From positions 17,384 through 81,383 of the IMG/VR virus record IMGVR_UViG_3300031087_000527: 64,000 nt of DNA, one strand, 5' to 3'. Shown piece after piece: positions 19,270 through 28,854 of this stretch. Numbering within the stretch: the stretch's first letter is position 1; every line of letters starts with the position of its first letter. The notes under the pieces are model-generated. The model ran no database searches. It was not told where the DNA came from and saw only the letters and a program-made list of their open reading frames with translations. This stretch comes from a virus. Taxonomy: Duplodnaviria; Heunggongvirae; Uroviricota; Caudoviricetes. Position numbers and translations under genes: made by a program.

Positions 19270-19468
19270 GAACGAAAAGCGAGTATTAAGCGTTGATGAG
19301 ATTAACGAGATTCGTGATAAAATGACTCGCAATCATTTCATTGATCGCTCGCTGGTTAAAGACTGGACTGAGTTTTTGATTGCCGCCTTAAGCGTAGGCG
19401 TGTCGGAGTTTGACATCGATCAGTTCGCGTTGAGTGATGATGATTTCGACACGAAATACCCGGATTAA
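19262..19468 (+). CDS. hypothetical protein (GTG start)
   Basis: GAGGT RBS; overlaps the upstream stop. Confidence 0.7.
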   Translation: MNKNEKRVLSVDEINEIRDKMTRNHFIDRSLVKDWTEFLIAALSVGVSEFDIDQFALSDDDFDTKYPD

Positions 19469-19562
19469 AAAGCCGCCTTCGGGCGGTTTTTTATTATAAA
19501 AAGCTTGTGCCATCCTCTGTGTTGTCATATAATAGCTTTATTGAAACGAGAGGAAAAACATC

Positions 19563-19982
19563 ATGGCTTTTGAGTTCAAAGGTGTCGCAAACATGTTCGA
19601 AGGTGGCTTTGCTGAGGCAGAGAAGAATGCGGTTGCTGATGCGTTGATTCAGAAAATGATGGGCAAATATGAGATGATTGGCTCTGGTCGTTGCCGTATG
19701 GCGTTTAAGCTGAGAAGTGGCAACTACGTGGTTAAAGTGCCGTTAAGTGAAAACGGTGAAGATGATAACTGCGTAGAGTCGAGCAAACAGGATTTTGGTC
19801 ATCCTGTGGCTAAAACTCGCATGGTTATGATCGATGGCTTATACTGTGCTGTTATGGAATATGTTGAGCACTATGAAGGTTTAAAGGAAGATACACCAGA
19901 ATGGACTGATTTTGTTGACTGTGGTCAGTTTGGATATACCCGAAAAGGTGAACTGGTAGCTTACGACTTTGGTTTTTATTGA
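19563..19982 (+). CDS. minimal protein-kinase-like fold protein
   Basis: IGSGRCR glycine loop, VVKVP, Glu, VMEYV hinge, Asp, terminal YDFG. Confidence 0.65.
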   Translation: MAFEFKGVANMFEGGFAEAEKNAVADALIQKMMGKYEMIGSGRCRMAFKLRSGNYVVKVPLSENGEDDNCVESSKQDFGHPVAKTRMVMIDGLYCAVMEYVEHYEGLKEDTPEWTDFVDCGQFGYTRKGELVAYDFGFY

Positions 19983-20047
19983 TTTGTGGTTGTACTTAAG
20001 TCGGCATCAGGATATAATAAGTATCTGTTTTGAATGAGGTGTTTAAC

Positions 20048-20500
20048 ATGGCAAAGTTTCTTGGTATTCCTGAAAAAATCAAAATCGACACATCACTTTT
20101 CTCTGATGAGGTAAAGGAAGTGCTATCTCGTGTTTTGGATGAAGAAGGTTATATCTATACTGAAAAACCTGTTGGCATCTCAGGAAATGATGAATATGTA
20201 AGAAGAATCCTTGCTTTTCATTTAACCAGCAGAGCCAAAATACTACCAAGTTTAGAGCATCTCTGCGCAAATATTGATGCCTATGATGAAGAAGGCAACT
20301 GGTCTAAGATGCTGGAGCGTAAGTGTATTCGTCGTCTTGATAGCTATATTCAGGCAGTGCTTGATGTGATGCCGCCAGAGTTGCGGTGGTCTAATCGCAG
20401 AGAAGTTCATGAGCAAAGAGAGCTGATTGCGACTTATTGTGAAGAAGATTACCAGTTGGATGATGATATTGAGTTAGAGACAGGTTTAAAGCTGAGCTAA
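20048..20500 (+). CDS. hypothetical protein (start corrected)
   Basis: GAGGTG RBS. Confidence 0.8.
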   Translation: MAKFLGIPEKIKIDTSLFSDEVKEVLSRVLDEEGYIYTEKPVGISGNDEYVRRILAFHLTSRAKILPSLEHLCANIDAYDEEGNWSKMLERKCIRRLDSYIQAVLDVMPPELRWSNRREVHEQRELIATYCEEDYQLDDDIELETGLKLS

Positions 20501-20569
20501 GACATAAAAGACGGAATCTCAAGGTGATATGGGATTCCTTTAAAGAGAGTTCTTACAAAAGAGGTTTTA

Positions 20570-20989
20570 ATGAAACTGAATATTTCGATTAGTTCTGATA
20601 TGCTGCTGTTTTTTGCTGCTGCGCTGCTTTGTTTAAACGGTATCTTTTTCAAGGTTGAGTTTATCCAGTCATGTCTGCATGTATTTATGTGGCTGATGCT
20701 GGCTGAGCGTCTGGTCAGTCTGGTCAGGAAATCACGGGGAGAAGTATTCAAGAAAAACAAAGACATTAAAGGTCAAACTTTTGAGTTCTCTGCGGAATGT
20801 CACGATTATTCAGATAAACTGTCCCGCCAGCAGGTCTTTTCTATTGCTGCTGCCTATATTGTTCTGGCGATCACGGTAAACTCGCGGCTTGATTGGTCAT
20901 GGATGGGGCTTGTTCTGCTGACGGTAGGTATCGGAACGCTGTATGATGCCTTAACTTACAATAAAGACAAAGCAAGTCCTGCGGTATAA
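20570..20989 (+). CDS. membrane protein
   Basis: Four hydrophobic segments. Confidence 0.8.
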   Translation: MKLNISISSDMLLFFAAALLCLNGIFFKVEFIQSCLHVFMWLMLAERLVSLVRKSRGEVFKKNKDIKGQTFEFSAECHDYSDKLSRQQVFSIAAAYIVLAITVNSRLDWSWMGLVLLTVGIGTLYDALTYNKDKASPAV

Positions 20990-21076
20990 AAATAAAGAGC
21001 CACCTTCGGGTGGTTTTTTGTTGTTATTAAAAAGTCAACGTGGTAATATATTGTCATTAAGTAAAGAGGATTATTT

Positions 21077-21301
21077 ATGTTATCACTTTTTTTGGATTTA
21101 TCAGATTGGGATGTAGCCGAGGCTCTGCATGAGCGCCAGGTTGATTTTGATGTTGAAGAAAATCCTGAGATGCCTGGATTTTTCATTGGACATATCAACT
21201 GCCGTGAGATCTCAGATTGCTTTGTGTCAGAAGGTGAAGCTCATCGGGCAATTCTGGCTGAAGTTGTGGGACACCTGCAGTATTTTGAAAATGTAGAATA
21301 A
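21077..21301 (+). CDS. small acidic protein, paralog of 25629..25844
   Basis: LF.DL....V...F..E..A.R.ILAEV.G....YF. Confidence 0.8.
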   Translation: MLSLFLDLSDWDVAEALHERQVDFDVEENPEMPGFFIGHINCREISDCFVSEGEAHRAILAEVVGHLQYFENVE

Positions 21302-21314
21302 CTGAGGATATTAT

Positions 21315-21842
21315 ATGATTACTATGATTATATTGGTTGGTATGGTGATAATGTATAAAGTTATCTCTTATTTTCATAAAATAAAAAAAGCCAAGGCGCA
21401 AATGAGAGCCTCTTTTATAAAAAATCATTTTACAGAGTTAATGAATATTGGCTTCGAATATAAGAAGCTGGCAAAATCTTTTGGAAAAACTGAAAGTGTT
21501 GCGCTTAATGATCAAGACCTGAAAGTGATTGGTGATGTGTTAAATGTAAAGCCTTTTCAAACAATGCCGGATTTTATTGGAATGACGCTTTATCCCAAAC
21601 ATATGAATATGGAAAATACCAATGTTCATCATATGGTTATGAGGCTGTATAAAAGGAAATATATGACTGCACTAGGAGAAAAAGAGTTTTTCTCGATTGT
21701 GGTTGAGTTTCATAGCGGAGGCTATGATTGGGATGGAGAGGTGATGCGATATCCTAACTTTATGGGCTTTCGTCGAATCGATGTGGTCAGGGATAACTTC
21801 GAGGCGGAATGGTCTAATCTCAAGGCTGAGTTTTGCGCTTAA
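21315..21842 (+). CDS. hypothetical protein with N-terminal TM anchor
   Basis: Hydrophobic N-terminus. Confidence 0.8.
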   Translation: MITMIILVGMVIMYKVISYFHKIKKAKAQMRASFIKNHFTELMNIGFEYKKLAKSFGKTESVALNDQDLKVIGDVLNVKPFQTMPDFIGMTLYPKHMNMENTNVHHMVMRLYKRKYMTALGEKEFFSIVVEFHSGGYDWDGEVMRYPNFMGFRRIDVVRDNFEAEWSNLKAEFCA

Positions 21843-21936
21843 GACAGGTTTTGACGTAAAACAATGCTTGCCGATGTTGTCATTAACTGATATACTGTCT
21901 TTATTGAAACGAAATCAACTTTAATGAGGCAGCATA

Positions 21937-22683
21937 ATGAATACTAAGCTTCTGGTCTCTAACTTTTTTGGCGCGATTGTTCTGATGGTTAAAAGTGGTT
22001 ATAAGGCTTTTGATTATGACGATCTGAATGCGGTTATGTCTGCTAAGCAGGATGACGAACTGGTTAAAAACGTCTTAGCAGGTCGCACACTGCTGAAGTT
22101 CATGGCGGGTTCTAAGGTCAATATTAATCAGGTTATTCCTGTGGTCAATGGTCAGAATGTGGTGCCTGATGATTTGTTTGCTGCGCTGGCGGGTGCTGAG
22201 CTGAAGTTTCTGGATGTGGCTAAGTTCACATCTGCGACGAAAAATATTGAGCTTCAGTTAGGCTGGAAAGAGAAGCAGCTTATCATGAAGTATATCAGTA
22301 TTTCCTCTCTGAATACTTACCTGTTCCATTCTAAGGGAAATCCGGTAGATGATGCGATTGAAACGGCTGTTCGTCTGAATATCGCAGAAGAAATCACGGG
22401 GCTTGGCAGTAATGCGAGCATTGCTGATTTGAATATTGCGGATGCGGGTCAGCGCGTTCAGAAGTTCAAGTTGAAAGACGGTCAGGCGGCATGTAAGAAT
22501 ATCCTGTATGTTTCTTATGATGATGTCTACAATGCTGGCGTGAATGGTATTAATAACGTTGTAAACAAGCTGAAGCAGGTGGATGTGATTGCTAAACTGA
22601 AAGCGTTTAGTATTGGCCTGGATGAAGATGTAGTGCGTAAGAAAGCGCAAACAGTGATGATGAAGGCATTAAAAGCGGCGTAA
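21937..22683 (+). CDS. hypothetical protein, C-terminus KAA
   Basis: Promoter 21868-21896. Confidence 0.85.
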   Translation: MNTKLLVSNFFGAIVLMVKSGYKAFDYDDLNAVMSAKQDDELVKNVLAGRTLLKFMAGSKVNINQVIPVVNGQNVVPDDLFAALAGAELKFLDVAKFTSATKNIELQLGWKEKQLIMKYISISSLNTYLFHSKGNPVDDAIETAVRLNIAEEITGLGSNASIADLNIADAGQRVQKFKLKDGQAACKNILYVSYDDVYNAGVNGINNVVNKLKQVDVIAKLKAFSIGLDEDVVRKKAQTVMMKALKAA

Positions 22684-22757
22684 TAAAAACAAAAGGTAGA
22701 AATCTATAGGCGATATATGTTAATATATTGCCTATATTACTTTATAGAGGGCAACAA

Positions 22758-23519
22758 ATGAGTATTTTAAATCAAGAAAATCTGGATAAGTTAAAGTGTG
22801 ATTTTATCGGGCGTTGCTCTCGTTCAAAAGGAGTTGATGGTTTTCTTGAGATCCCGAAAGCGTTGGAAATAGAACCGGAAAAGGAATGGTTAAATAAAAA
22901 GGAAATTTCTGAGGAAGATATTCAGAAGGCAATTTCTGTTTTTAATGAAGAGAAATCATTCCTGGTAGGATTTAAAGTTAATCGCAAAGATATAAGTGAA
23001 GGTAAGACTGAAAGACGCGAGTTTTTCTACAGCTTACCGGAAGATGTTTTCCCTGAGTATAGCGGTCTTATTTATCCCATTATTGTGCGCTTGACGTATC
23101 TTGTTGCGACACCGAAAGAAAGTAAATCTGTGTTACCGCCTTTTTACTTATGCCCTGAAGTAGAGTTGTTTCAAGATTTTGGTGATGGTTTGTTTGAAAG
23201 TGTCAAAGCGGAAAAAACAGAAGATTACGGTCAGCTACTGCTGATTAAGTTTGAGCGTATTTTTGGAAAAGACGGCGATGGCTATGTGGAAAAGTCAGGT
23301 GCTAAATCTGAAGAGTTTTCATATCAGGTTCGTCATAATGAAAAAGGCACAAACGTTCACAATGAGATGATCGTGCGTAAAGAGCGTGGTGAGTATCGGG
23401 CATTCATGACCATTGAGACTGATACGCATGATGACAAAGATAAGGCGATTGAGCAAATGGGGCGCTGGCTTCGCCGTTTGGGTCGTGGGATTGAGATTGG
23501 CGAAGTTATTGCTGATTAA
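22758..23519 (+). CDS. hypothetical protein (start corrected)
   Basis: GAGGG RBS. Confidence 0.8.
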   Translation: MSILNQENLDKLKCDFIGRCSRSKGVDGFLEIPKALEIEPEKEWLNKKEISEEDIQKAISVFNEEKSFLVGFKVNRKDISEGKTERREFFYSLPEDVFPEYSGLIYPIIVRLTYLVATPKESKSVLPPFYLCPEVELFQDFGDGLFESVKAEKTEDYGQLLLIKFERIFGKDGDGYVEKSGAKSEEFSYQVRHNEKGTNVHNEMIVRKERGEYRAFMTIETDTHDDKDKAIEQMGRWLRRLGRGIEIGEVIAD

Positions 23520-23565
23520 TCAGTAATAGTCTATTTCTTTTCTAAACAATAAGACAGGTGAATAA

Positions 23566-24117
23566 ATGACTATTAAGAAAAATGATGTGCTGGTTGTGAA
23601 TAAGCCCTTTAGCGTGGGTGATACTCATTTTGATAAAGGGCATGTTTTTTGGGTAGAGAAAGGCGGAAAAAATCAGAAAGTTATAACACTTGATCAGGAT
23701 GGTCTTTTTATTGGTTTTGAAGGCAACTGTGATACAGAGCGGTTTACAAAGAAAACGATTGCGGATGTTTCTCAATGTGAAAAAGAATTTGGTGCTGTTC
23801 AGATTAAAAACGTTAAGCGTTTTGATACTAATGACGGGTATGCGATGTTTGCGGATCTCTTTGTGAATGGTAAAAAAGTTGGCGTGATTCAGAATGATGG
23901 CTGGGGTGGTGAAACTTATTTGGTTGAAAGCAGCAGCGCAAGTAAAGAAGCGGTTGATAAGCTTATTGAAACAGCCAAGGGAATTGCTATACAGAGTGGC
24001 TATGATCTTAAAAATAGACATGCGGGGTATATCGAGGAAAATCTCTGGGACTATTTGAGCGAGCAGTATTATATTTTTGAAAGCTTTAGCGATTATATGC
24101 GTTGCTTTCATAAGTAA
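23566..24117 (+). CDS. hypothetical protein, mobile-element-type family
   Basis: ADL.VNGKKVG.I.NDG.GG motif. Confidence 0.8.
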   Translation: MTIKKNDVLVVNKPFSVGDTHFDKGHVFWVEKGGKNQKVITLDQDGLFIGFEGNCDTERFTKKTIADVSQCEKEFGAVQIKNVKRFDTNDGYAMFADLFVNGKKVGVIQNDGWGGETYLVESSSASKEAVDKLIETAKGIAIQSGYDLKNRHAGYIEENLWDYLSEQYYIFESFSDYMRCFHK

Positions 24118-24250
24118 GTAGAATAAATAAAGACCACCTTCGGGTGGTTTTTTGTTGATGAAAACCATGATTTGGCGTTAAGTAAAAAGAGCTTGACTCG
24201 CTCCGATGTTGTCTTTATACTCATCTCATTAAATCTGAGGAGTGAATAAC

Positions 24251-24511
24251 ATGGCGTCTTACGAAAGCTTACTGAAAGGTCTGGACATTCAGGAAAAGAT
24301 TGAAGGCCCGACAGAGAACATCACGTTATGTCGATTAGTGGTGCCATATCTGAAAACAGGTATGGATGTTCAGGCTTTTTTTGACATTCGTTTTCATCGC
24401 TACGATAAGTGCTCTTATCAGACGCATAAGTTTTTGTATGTCAAAGAAAATATCAAGGCGCTTTTTTCTGCGGTTGCTGATGCGGGAAAAGCAAACGTAA
24501 TGACTTCATAA
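24251..24511 (+). CDS. hypothetical protein
   Basis: Promoter, GAGGAG RBS. Confidence 0.75.
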   Translation: MASYESLLKGLDIQEKIEGPTENITLCRLVVPYLKTGMDVQAFFDIRFHRYDKCSYQTHKFLYVKENIKALFSAVADAGKANVMTS

Positions 24512-24520
24512 GAGGTGTTT

Positions 24521-24865
24521 ATGAATTTTCGTGATCAGTTAGAAGGCGCATTCAGCGCTCAGGCTAAAAAGTTTTCGGCAGGCGAGAAGGTGCTCCTGCG
24601 TGGGGAGGAGCGCCCTTTTGTGGTAGAAAGTGTCAATCATGTGAGTTATGATCTGGTTATGGATATTTCAGAAGATGAGATTGCTCGTCTGAGAGAGATT
24701 GTCGCCAAATCGGTTCGCCTGAAAGAGTTGAGCTTTGAGCATTGGATTGAAGTTATTGTGAAGGATGCTCCGTATTCTCATGAAGAAATCGCAGAAGCGC
24801 AGCAGATCTTAGCCTCTCTTCGCAAGTGTAATGTCGAAGAAGACGAGATGAAAAAGGTGGAATAA
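24521..24865 (+). CDS. hypothetical protein
   Basis: GAGGTG RBS. Confidence 0.8.
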   Translation: MNFRDQLEGAFSAQAKKFSAGEKVLLRGEERPFVVESVNHVSYDLVMDISEDEIARLREIVAKSVRLKELSFEHWIEVIVKDAPYSHEEIAEAQQILASLRKCNVEEDEMKKVE

Positions 24866-24948
24866 AAACAAGACCTCTGCTATAATAGAATAACGGTAAA
24901 GACTGACGAGAGTCGGTCTTTTTTATTTGACTTAGCAGCGAGGTAGCC

Positions 24949-25533
24949 GTGAAAAATATTGATGAAATCAGAAGTGAGCTTTTTGAGGGTGTGAGAGTAT
25001 TTGCCTTGTCCGACGCGATGTTGGGCTTTAAAGATCGTGAGCATATTGGTTTGGTGCCAATGGTGTATAGCTTCGATGAACACTATGGGCCTATCGAGCT
25101 GAGTGAGAAGATGCGACTTCTGCCTGGAGAATATACCTACGTCCCCGAAGAGCGTCTATACATTAATGCTTTTAGGCAGAGCATGGCAGACAATGCTAAG
25201 TTAAATCCTTATGTAGGATACTACAATCTTTCTTATGAAAAATGGGAAAAGGTCAGTGTAGGCACGATTTTTTCCTTTCAGTATGGTGGTGATTATGAAG
25301 ATCATCAAGAGTTCGTTTATATTGTTGAGAAAAGAGAGAAAGGTTATGAATTTGTTTCATTAACTGGAGCAGAGGCTGTTAGAAAAGATACAAAACCTTG
25401 GATATTTGAGGACGAAAATCTTCCTGATTTTGGAAAAAATAGTGCAGAACTAGGTATGGTTTACATCTACAAGCGTTTGCCAGATAGCTGGTTTAAAGAT
25501 ACGCTACGCACCTTAAAAGCACTACATCAATAA
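24949..25533 (+). CDS. hypothetical protein
   Basis: GAGGT RBS, GTG start; paralog fragment at 3410. Confidence 0.8.
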   Translation: MKNIDEIRSELFEGVRVFALSDAMLGFKDREHIGLVPMVYSFDEHYGPIELSEKMRLLPGEYTYVPEERLYINAFRQSMADNAKLNPYVGYYNLSYEKWEKVSVGTIFSFQYGGDYEDHQEFVYIVEKREKGYEFVSLTGAEAVRKDTKPWIFEDENLPDFGKNSAELGMVYIYKRLPDSWFKDTLRTLKALHQ

Positions 25534-25628
25534 AAACGAGGCTACGGCCTCTTTTTTTAAGATAAAGCTTGATTCTGATAAGTATTGTCTTTATAATAGC
25601 TTTATTGAAACGAGACAAGGTGAAGAAA

Positions 25629-25844
25629 ATGACGACTCTGTTTGCGGACTTAGATGAAAGCGAAGTAATGGATAAAGTTATTGAGCTGGCTGATGAGTTT
25701 GAGGTGGTTAAAGAAGGCTCGAACTACTTTGTTGCCTACGTTGATGGCGGCTGGTTGCCAAATCCTTTCCAGACAGAAGATAAAGCCTATCGTGGAATTC
25801 TGGCTGAGGTGTTGGGCGAAGAACGGAAATACTTCAATAGCTAA
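25629..25844 (+). CDS. small acidic protein, paralog of 21077..21301 (start corrected)
   Basis: AAGGTG RBS. Confidence 0.8.
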   Translation: MTTLFADLDESEVMDKVIELADEFEVVKEGSNYFVAYVDGGWLPNPFQTEDKAYRGILAEVLGEERKYFNS

Positions 25845-25931
25845 AAAAGGCCACCTTCGGGTGGTTTTTTGTTGTCTTTAATAGAGAGAGAAGCTATAAT
25901 AAGTCATTCCTGATAGGTTATTGAGGCAAGT

Positions 25932-26159
25932 ATGATTATTGAAATCGCGTTGTTGTATGTGCTGAGCAATGGTGATCCGGTAGAGCAGAAAGTGTTTAAA
26001 GGCGAAGAGTCTTCTGTGAACGTGTTACTGGAGCATTGTCAGCCTTATGAGGATGAAAGTCATATTTGCCTGATGAAAGACGTTAAAGCGAATAAAGACG
26101 TGGTTTACACGAATCTGGAAACAATGGATCAGGTGCTGGTTGCTAATCGTAAGCACTAA
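25932..26159 (+). CDS. hypothetical protein
   Basis: GAGG RBS. Confidence 0.75.
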   Translation: MIIEIALLYVLSNGDPVEQKVFKGEESSVNVLLEHCQPYEDESHICLMKDVKANKDVVYTNLETMDQVLVANRKH

Positions 26160-26208
26160 GCACTAAGCATTTTTTAACGAGAAAATCTTTCAAATAAGAG
26201 GCTTTTAA

Positions 26209-26562
26209 ATGATGAATGTATCAGATATTGTTGAGTCAAATGGTAAAACTGTGAAACAAAACAAAATGGAGCAGAGCCACGCTATCCCGCTCGGATCTCT
26301 GGTGGAAATTTTGGGCAGTGAGAACGATGAAGATACAGGCTTGCGTCTTTTTGTTGTTAATCATAGTCGTGATTGTGATGGGACGCCGCTGTATGGCTTG
26401 TCTTTCAAAAAAGATGCGCAGGAAAAAATGGATAAGCGTGAGCAACAGGTAGCGACTCTTCCTGATGGTCAGGATTATCAAATCGCAAAAATGTTTTATC
26501 ATATGGCGCGAGGCAGTATTTTGGCAAACTACGGTGAAGGCTCCCTCAAAGTTATTAAATAA
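26209..26562 (+). CDS. hypothetical protein
   Basis: H.IPLGSLVE..GLRLFVV.H.RDCDGTPLY. Confidence 0.8.
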   Translation: MMNVSDIVESNGKTVKQNKMEQSHAIPLGSLVEILGSENDEDTGLRLFVVNHSRDCDGTPLYGLSFKKDAQEKMDKREQQVATLPDGQDYQIAKMFYHMARGSILANYGEGSLKVIK

Positions 26563-26647
26563 AAAGAAGCTGCCTCCGGGCGGCTTTTTTATTGCTTTAT
26601 TGTCATCTTCTGGTTATAATAAGCGCAATAAAACAAATGAGGGCGAC

Positions 26648-26863
26648 ATGATGGAAGAAGAAATCAAAGTTGAATCACAAATCGAGCAGGCGATGAAGTG
26701 GTATCAGCGCTTAAATACTGAAGCTCTGGCGCGTGTAGTGCCTCATATTAACCAACTTGATTCACGCACTATCGTAGCTTACTGGAAGCGTGAGGTTGAT
26801 CGTGCGGGTCCATCAGAGCTGAATGCTGACTATGGTGTGCTGATGACAGGAGAGTCAAAATGA
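26648..26863 (+). CDS. hypothetical protein (start corrected)
   Basis: GAGGG RBS. Confidence 0.75.
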   Translation: MMEEEIKVESQIEQAMKWYQRLNTEALARVVPHINQLDSRTIVAYWKREVDRAGPSELNADYGVLMTGESK

Positions 26864-27048
26864 GTCAGGCTTGGATTTCTGTAAGTGAGCGTCTTCCTGA
26901 AGAGAATGGTCAATACCAGTGTTTGATTCAGCGAGATGATCGCGAGTTCGAAGCTGTGCGGTTATTCAGGAGTGGTGTTTGGTTTGGTGGATGTCGGCCT
27001 TTCTCAGATAATGACGTGGTATTAAAGTGGAAGCCCACTGAAGAATAA
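26860..27048 (+). CDS. DUF551-like phage protein
   Basis: WISVSERLPE...V..W.P. Confidence 0.75.
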   Translation: MSQAWISVSERLPEENGQYQCLIQRDDREFEAVRLFRSGVWFGGCRPFSDNDVVLKWKPTEE

Positions 27049-27086
27049 AGAAAAGCAGCCGAGGCTGCTTTTTTAATGCTTAAGTT

Positions 27087-27359
27087 TTAATGGATTTGAT
27101 ACATGGCTAAAATATCACCTTCATTGGACATAACAGAAAGAGTAATATTTTCCATTTTAACGCATTCTTCAACGATATCCACGTGCTCATCGTCAATATC
27201 AATATAGAAACCTTCAATATTAATGCGCTTTAAGTTTTTATCAAAAAATACATTATTGATATTGCCTTGATTAATATCATTTACCAGCAGAAGCATATTA
27301 GGTATTAAAATATGGTTAAACTGGTTATTATTACAGATGAGATAAGTGTTATTTTTCAT
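27087..27359 (-). CDS. hypothetical protein
   Basis: Part of a minus-strand block. Confidence 0.65.
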   Translation of the reverse strand: MKNNTYLICNNNQFNHILIPNMLLLVNDINQGNINNVFFDKNLKRINIEGFYIDIDDEHVDIVEECVKMENITLSVMSNEGDILAMYQIH

Positions 27360-27371
27360 ATAATGCCTTTA

Positions 27372-28082
27372 TTATTTAAATTTGAATCCATTATTATTTT
27401 TATTTTCCAAAGAGGTATCCGGCTCTCTTTGAGTAAGTTTATCTTTAAAATGCATCAGTCTATCTTTAAAGCTAGTCCCGCCTTCTCTGATCTGATTTAT
27501 ACTGCGTTTATTAACTGCTTCAATATGTTCAGAGGCCATTTCAACAGATTTGATTTTAGTTAATACAGCAACAAACTTTGCGCCATAATCCGGGGAGTTA
27601 CTGTCTTTAGCTTTAAGCATATCAAGCGTCATTTCATTAAGCTGACTGAAAACAGTTTTAGCACGTTCGGATTCTTCTTTTGAAAATGCTGCACCATTTT
27701 TAGCAAGTTCTCTTGCTGCATTTGGGGAAAGAGGAATACTGTTTTTAAATGATACTGCAGCCCCTATAGCTAAGGCTCCACCTACTACAGCGCCTGTGGC
27801 GATTAAAGCGGGTGCTGCAGTAGCAGCTAAGGCTGTGGCAATGGTTGCCTGAGCAACAACGGCAGCGCCAGTAGTAAAGCCTGCGCCAGCTAAGAAGCCG
27901 CCTGCTTTTTTGAAGAAGCTTTTGATGCCTTCATTTGTTGCTTTATTTTTACTTGCTTCATAGCCATAATCAGCAAGAGTTGCGCTGTTATGAAGTTTAT
28001 CAAGAGTGTTAAATAACTTCTCTTTAAATGTGTTATCCGTAAGAAGTTCGGAAAGGTTATTACGAGCTGCAGCCATATCCAT
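27372..28082 (-). CDS. protein with a central Gly/Ala-rich hydrophobic hairpin (membrane-inserting?)
   Basis: GGFLAGAGFTTGAAVVA...GAVVGGALAIGAAV; AAGGA RBS. Confidence 0.8.
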   Translation of the reverse strand: MDMAAARNNLSELLTDNTFKEKLFNTLDKLHNSATLADYGYEASKNKATNEGIKSFFKKAGGFLAGAGFTTGAAVVAQATIATALAATAAPALIATGAVVGGALAIGAAVSFKNSIPLSPNAARELAKNGAAFSKEESERAKTVFSQLNEMTLDMLKAKDSNSPDYGAKFVAVLTKIKSVEMASEHIEAVNKRSINQIREGGTSFKDRLMHFKDKLTQREPDTSLENKNNNGFKFK

Positions 28083-28165
28083 AGTTGATTCCTTTTTAAA
28101 TAATAAATATATGTTTACATGTATTATATCAGATGTATTTGAACAAACAATACAGACTTATTTTT

Positions 28166-28717
28166 TTAGGCTAATATTCGACTTCTTTCGGTATTAATCA
28201 TATCCATAACTTCTTGTTCATAGCTATCCAGTTCTTTTGTTTTACTTCTTTCGATAATATTTACACATTCTGTTATTTGCTCGCCATATTCTTCTAACTC
28301 AAACATAAGCACATCTTTAACAGTCAGGGTATTAATATCATTAAGCGTAGCTGCTTCAGGGCGCTCATTAAGCATGTTTTCAAGATAGATATTATAAGCC
28401 AGAGCCTGAGTTGTATTAATAATACGTTGATTATGTATAGGCTTCACTTTATTAGCAGGCAAATCATGAGTCCTTGCTAAAGATTTGGCAACGATATTGC
28501 TGGTTCTGAGTTCAGCAATGCGATCACCGATAACAGACATCTCATAAGCCACAACATCTTCAGAGGTCAACGCTGAAGAATCATGGTGAACGCTTGCTAA
28601 GTATTCTTTACTAATCACAATGCCTTGCTTTATGAGCTTTTTAGTGCGGTAAACAGAGATGAAATAAAAGACGGCAACGACTGCCATGATGATCAAAAAC
28701 CAGATAAGTAAGTTCAT
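28166..28717 (-). CDS. N-terminally anchored membrane protein
   Basis: TM N-terminus, AGGAG RBS. Confidence 0.8.
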   Translation of the reverse strand: MNLLIWFLIIMAVVAVFYFISVYRTKKLIKQGIVISKEYLASVHHDSSALTSEDVVAYEMSVIGDRIAELRTSNIVAKSLARTHDLPANKVKPIHNQRIINTTQALAYNIYLENMLNERPEAATLNDINTLTVKDVLMFELEEYGEQITECVNIIERSKTKELDSYEQEVMDMINTERSRILA

Positions 28718-28854
28718 AGTATTCTCCTTTAAGTTTAATAGCTAAGTTATATCTTTTTTGGGCAATAAATCAACAAGGTCGGCAAATAAAGCTTGAAAAG
28801 ACAATACTATATTGCTATAATAAACAAGTTGAAATGAAATGACTTTGGTGGCTT

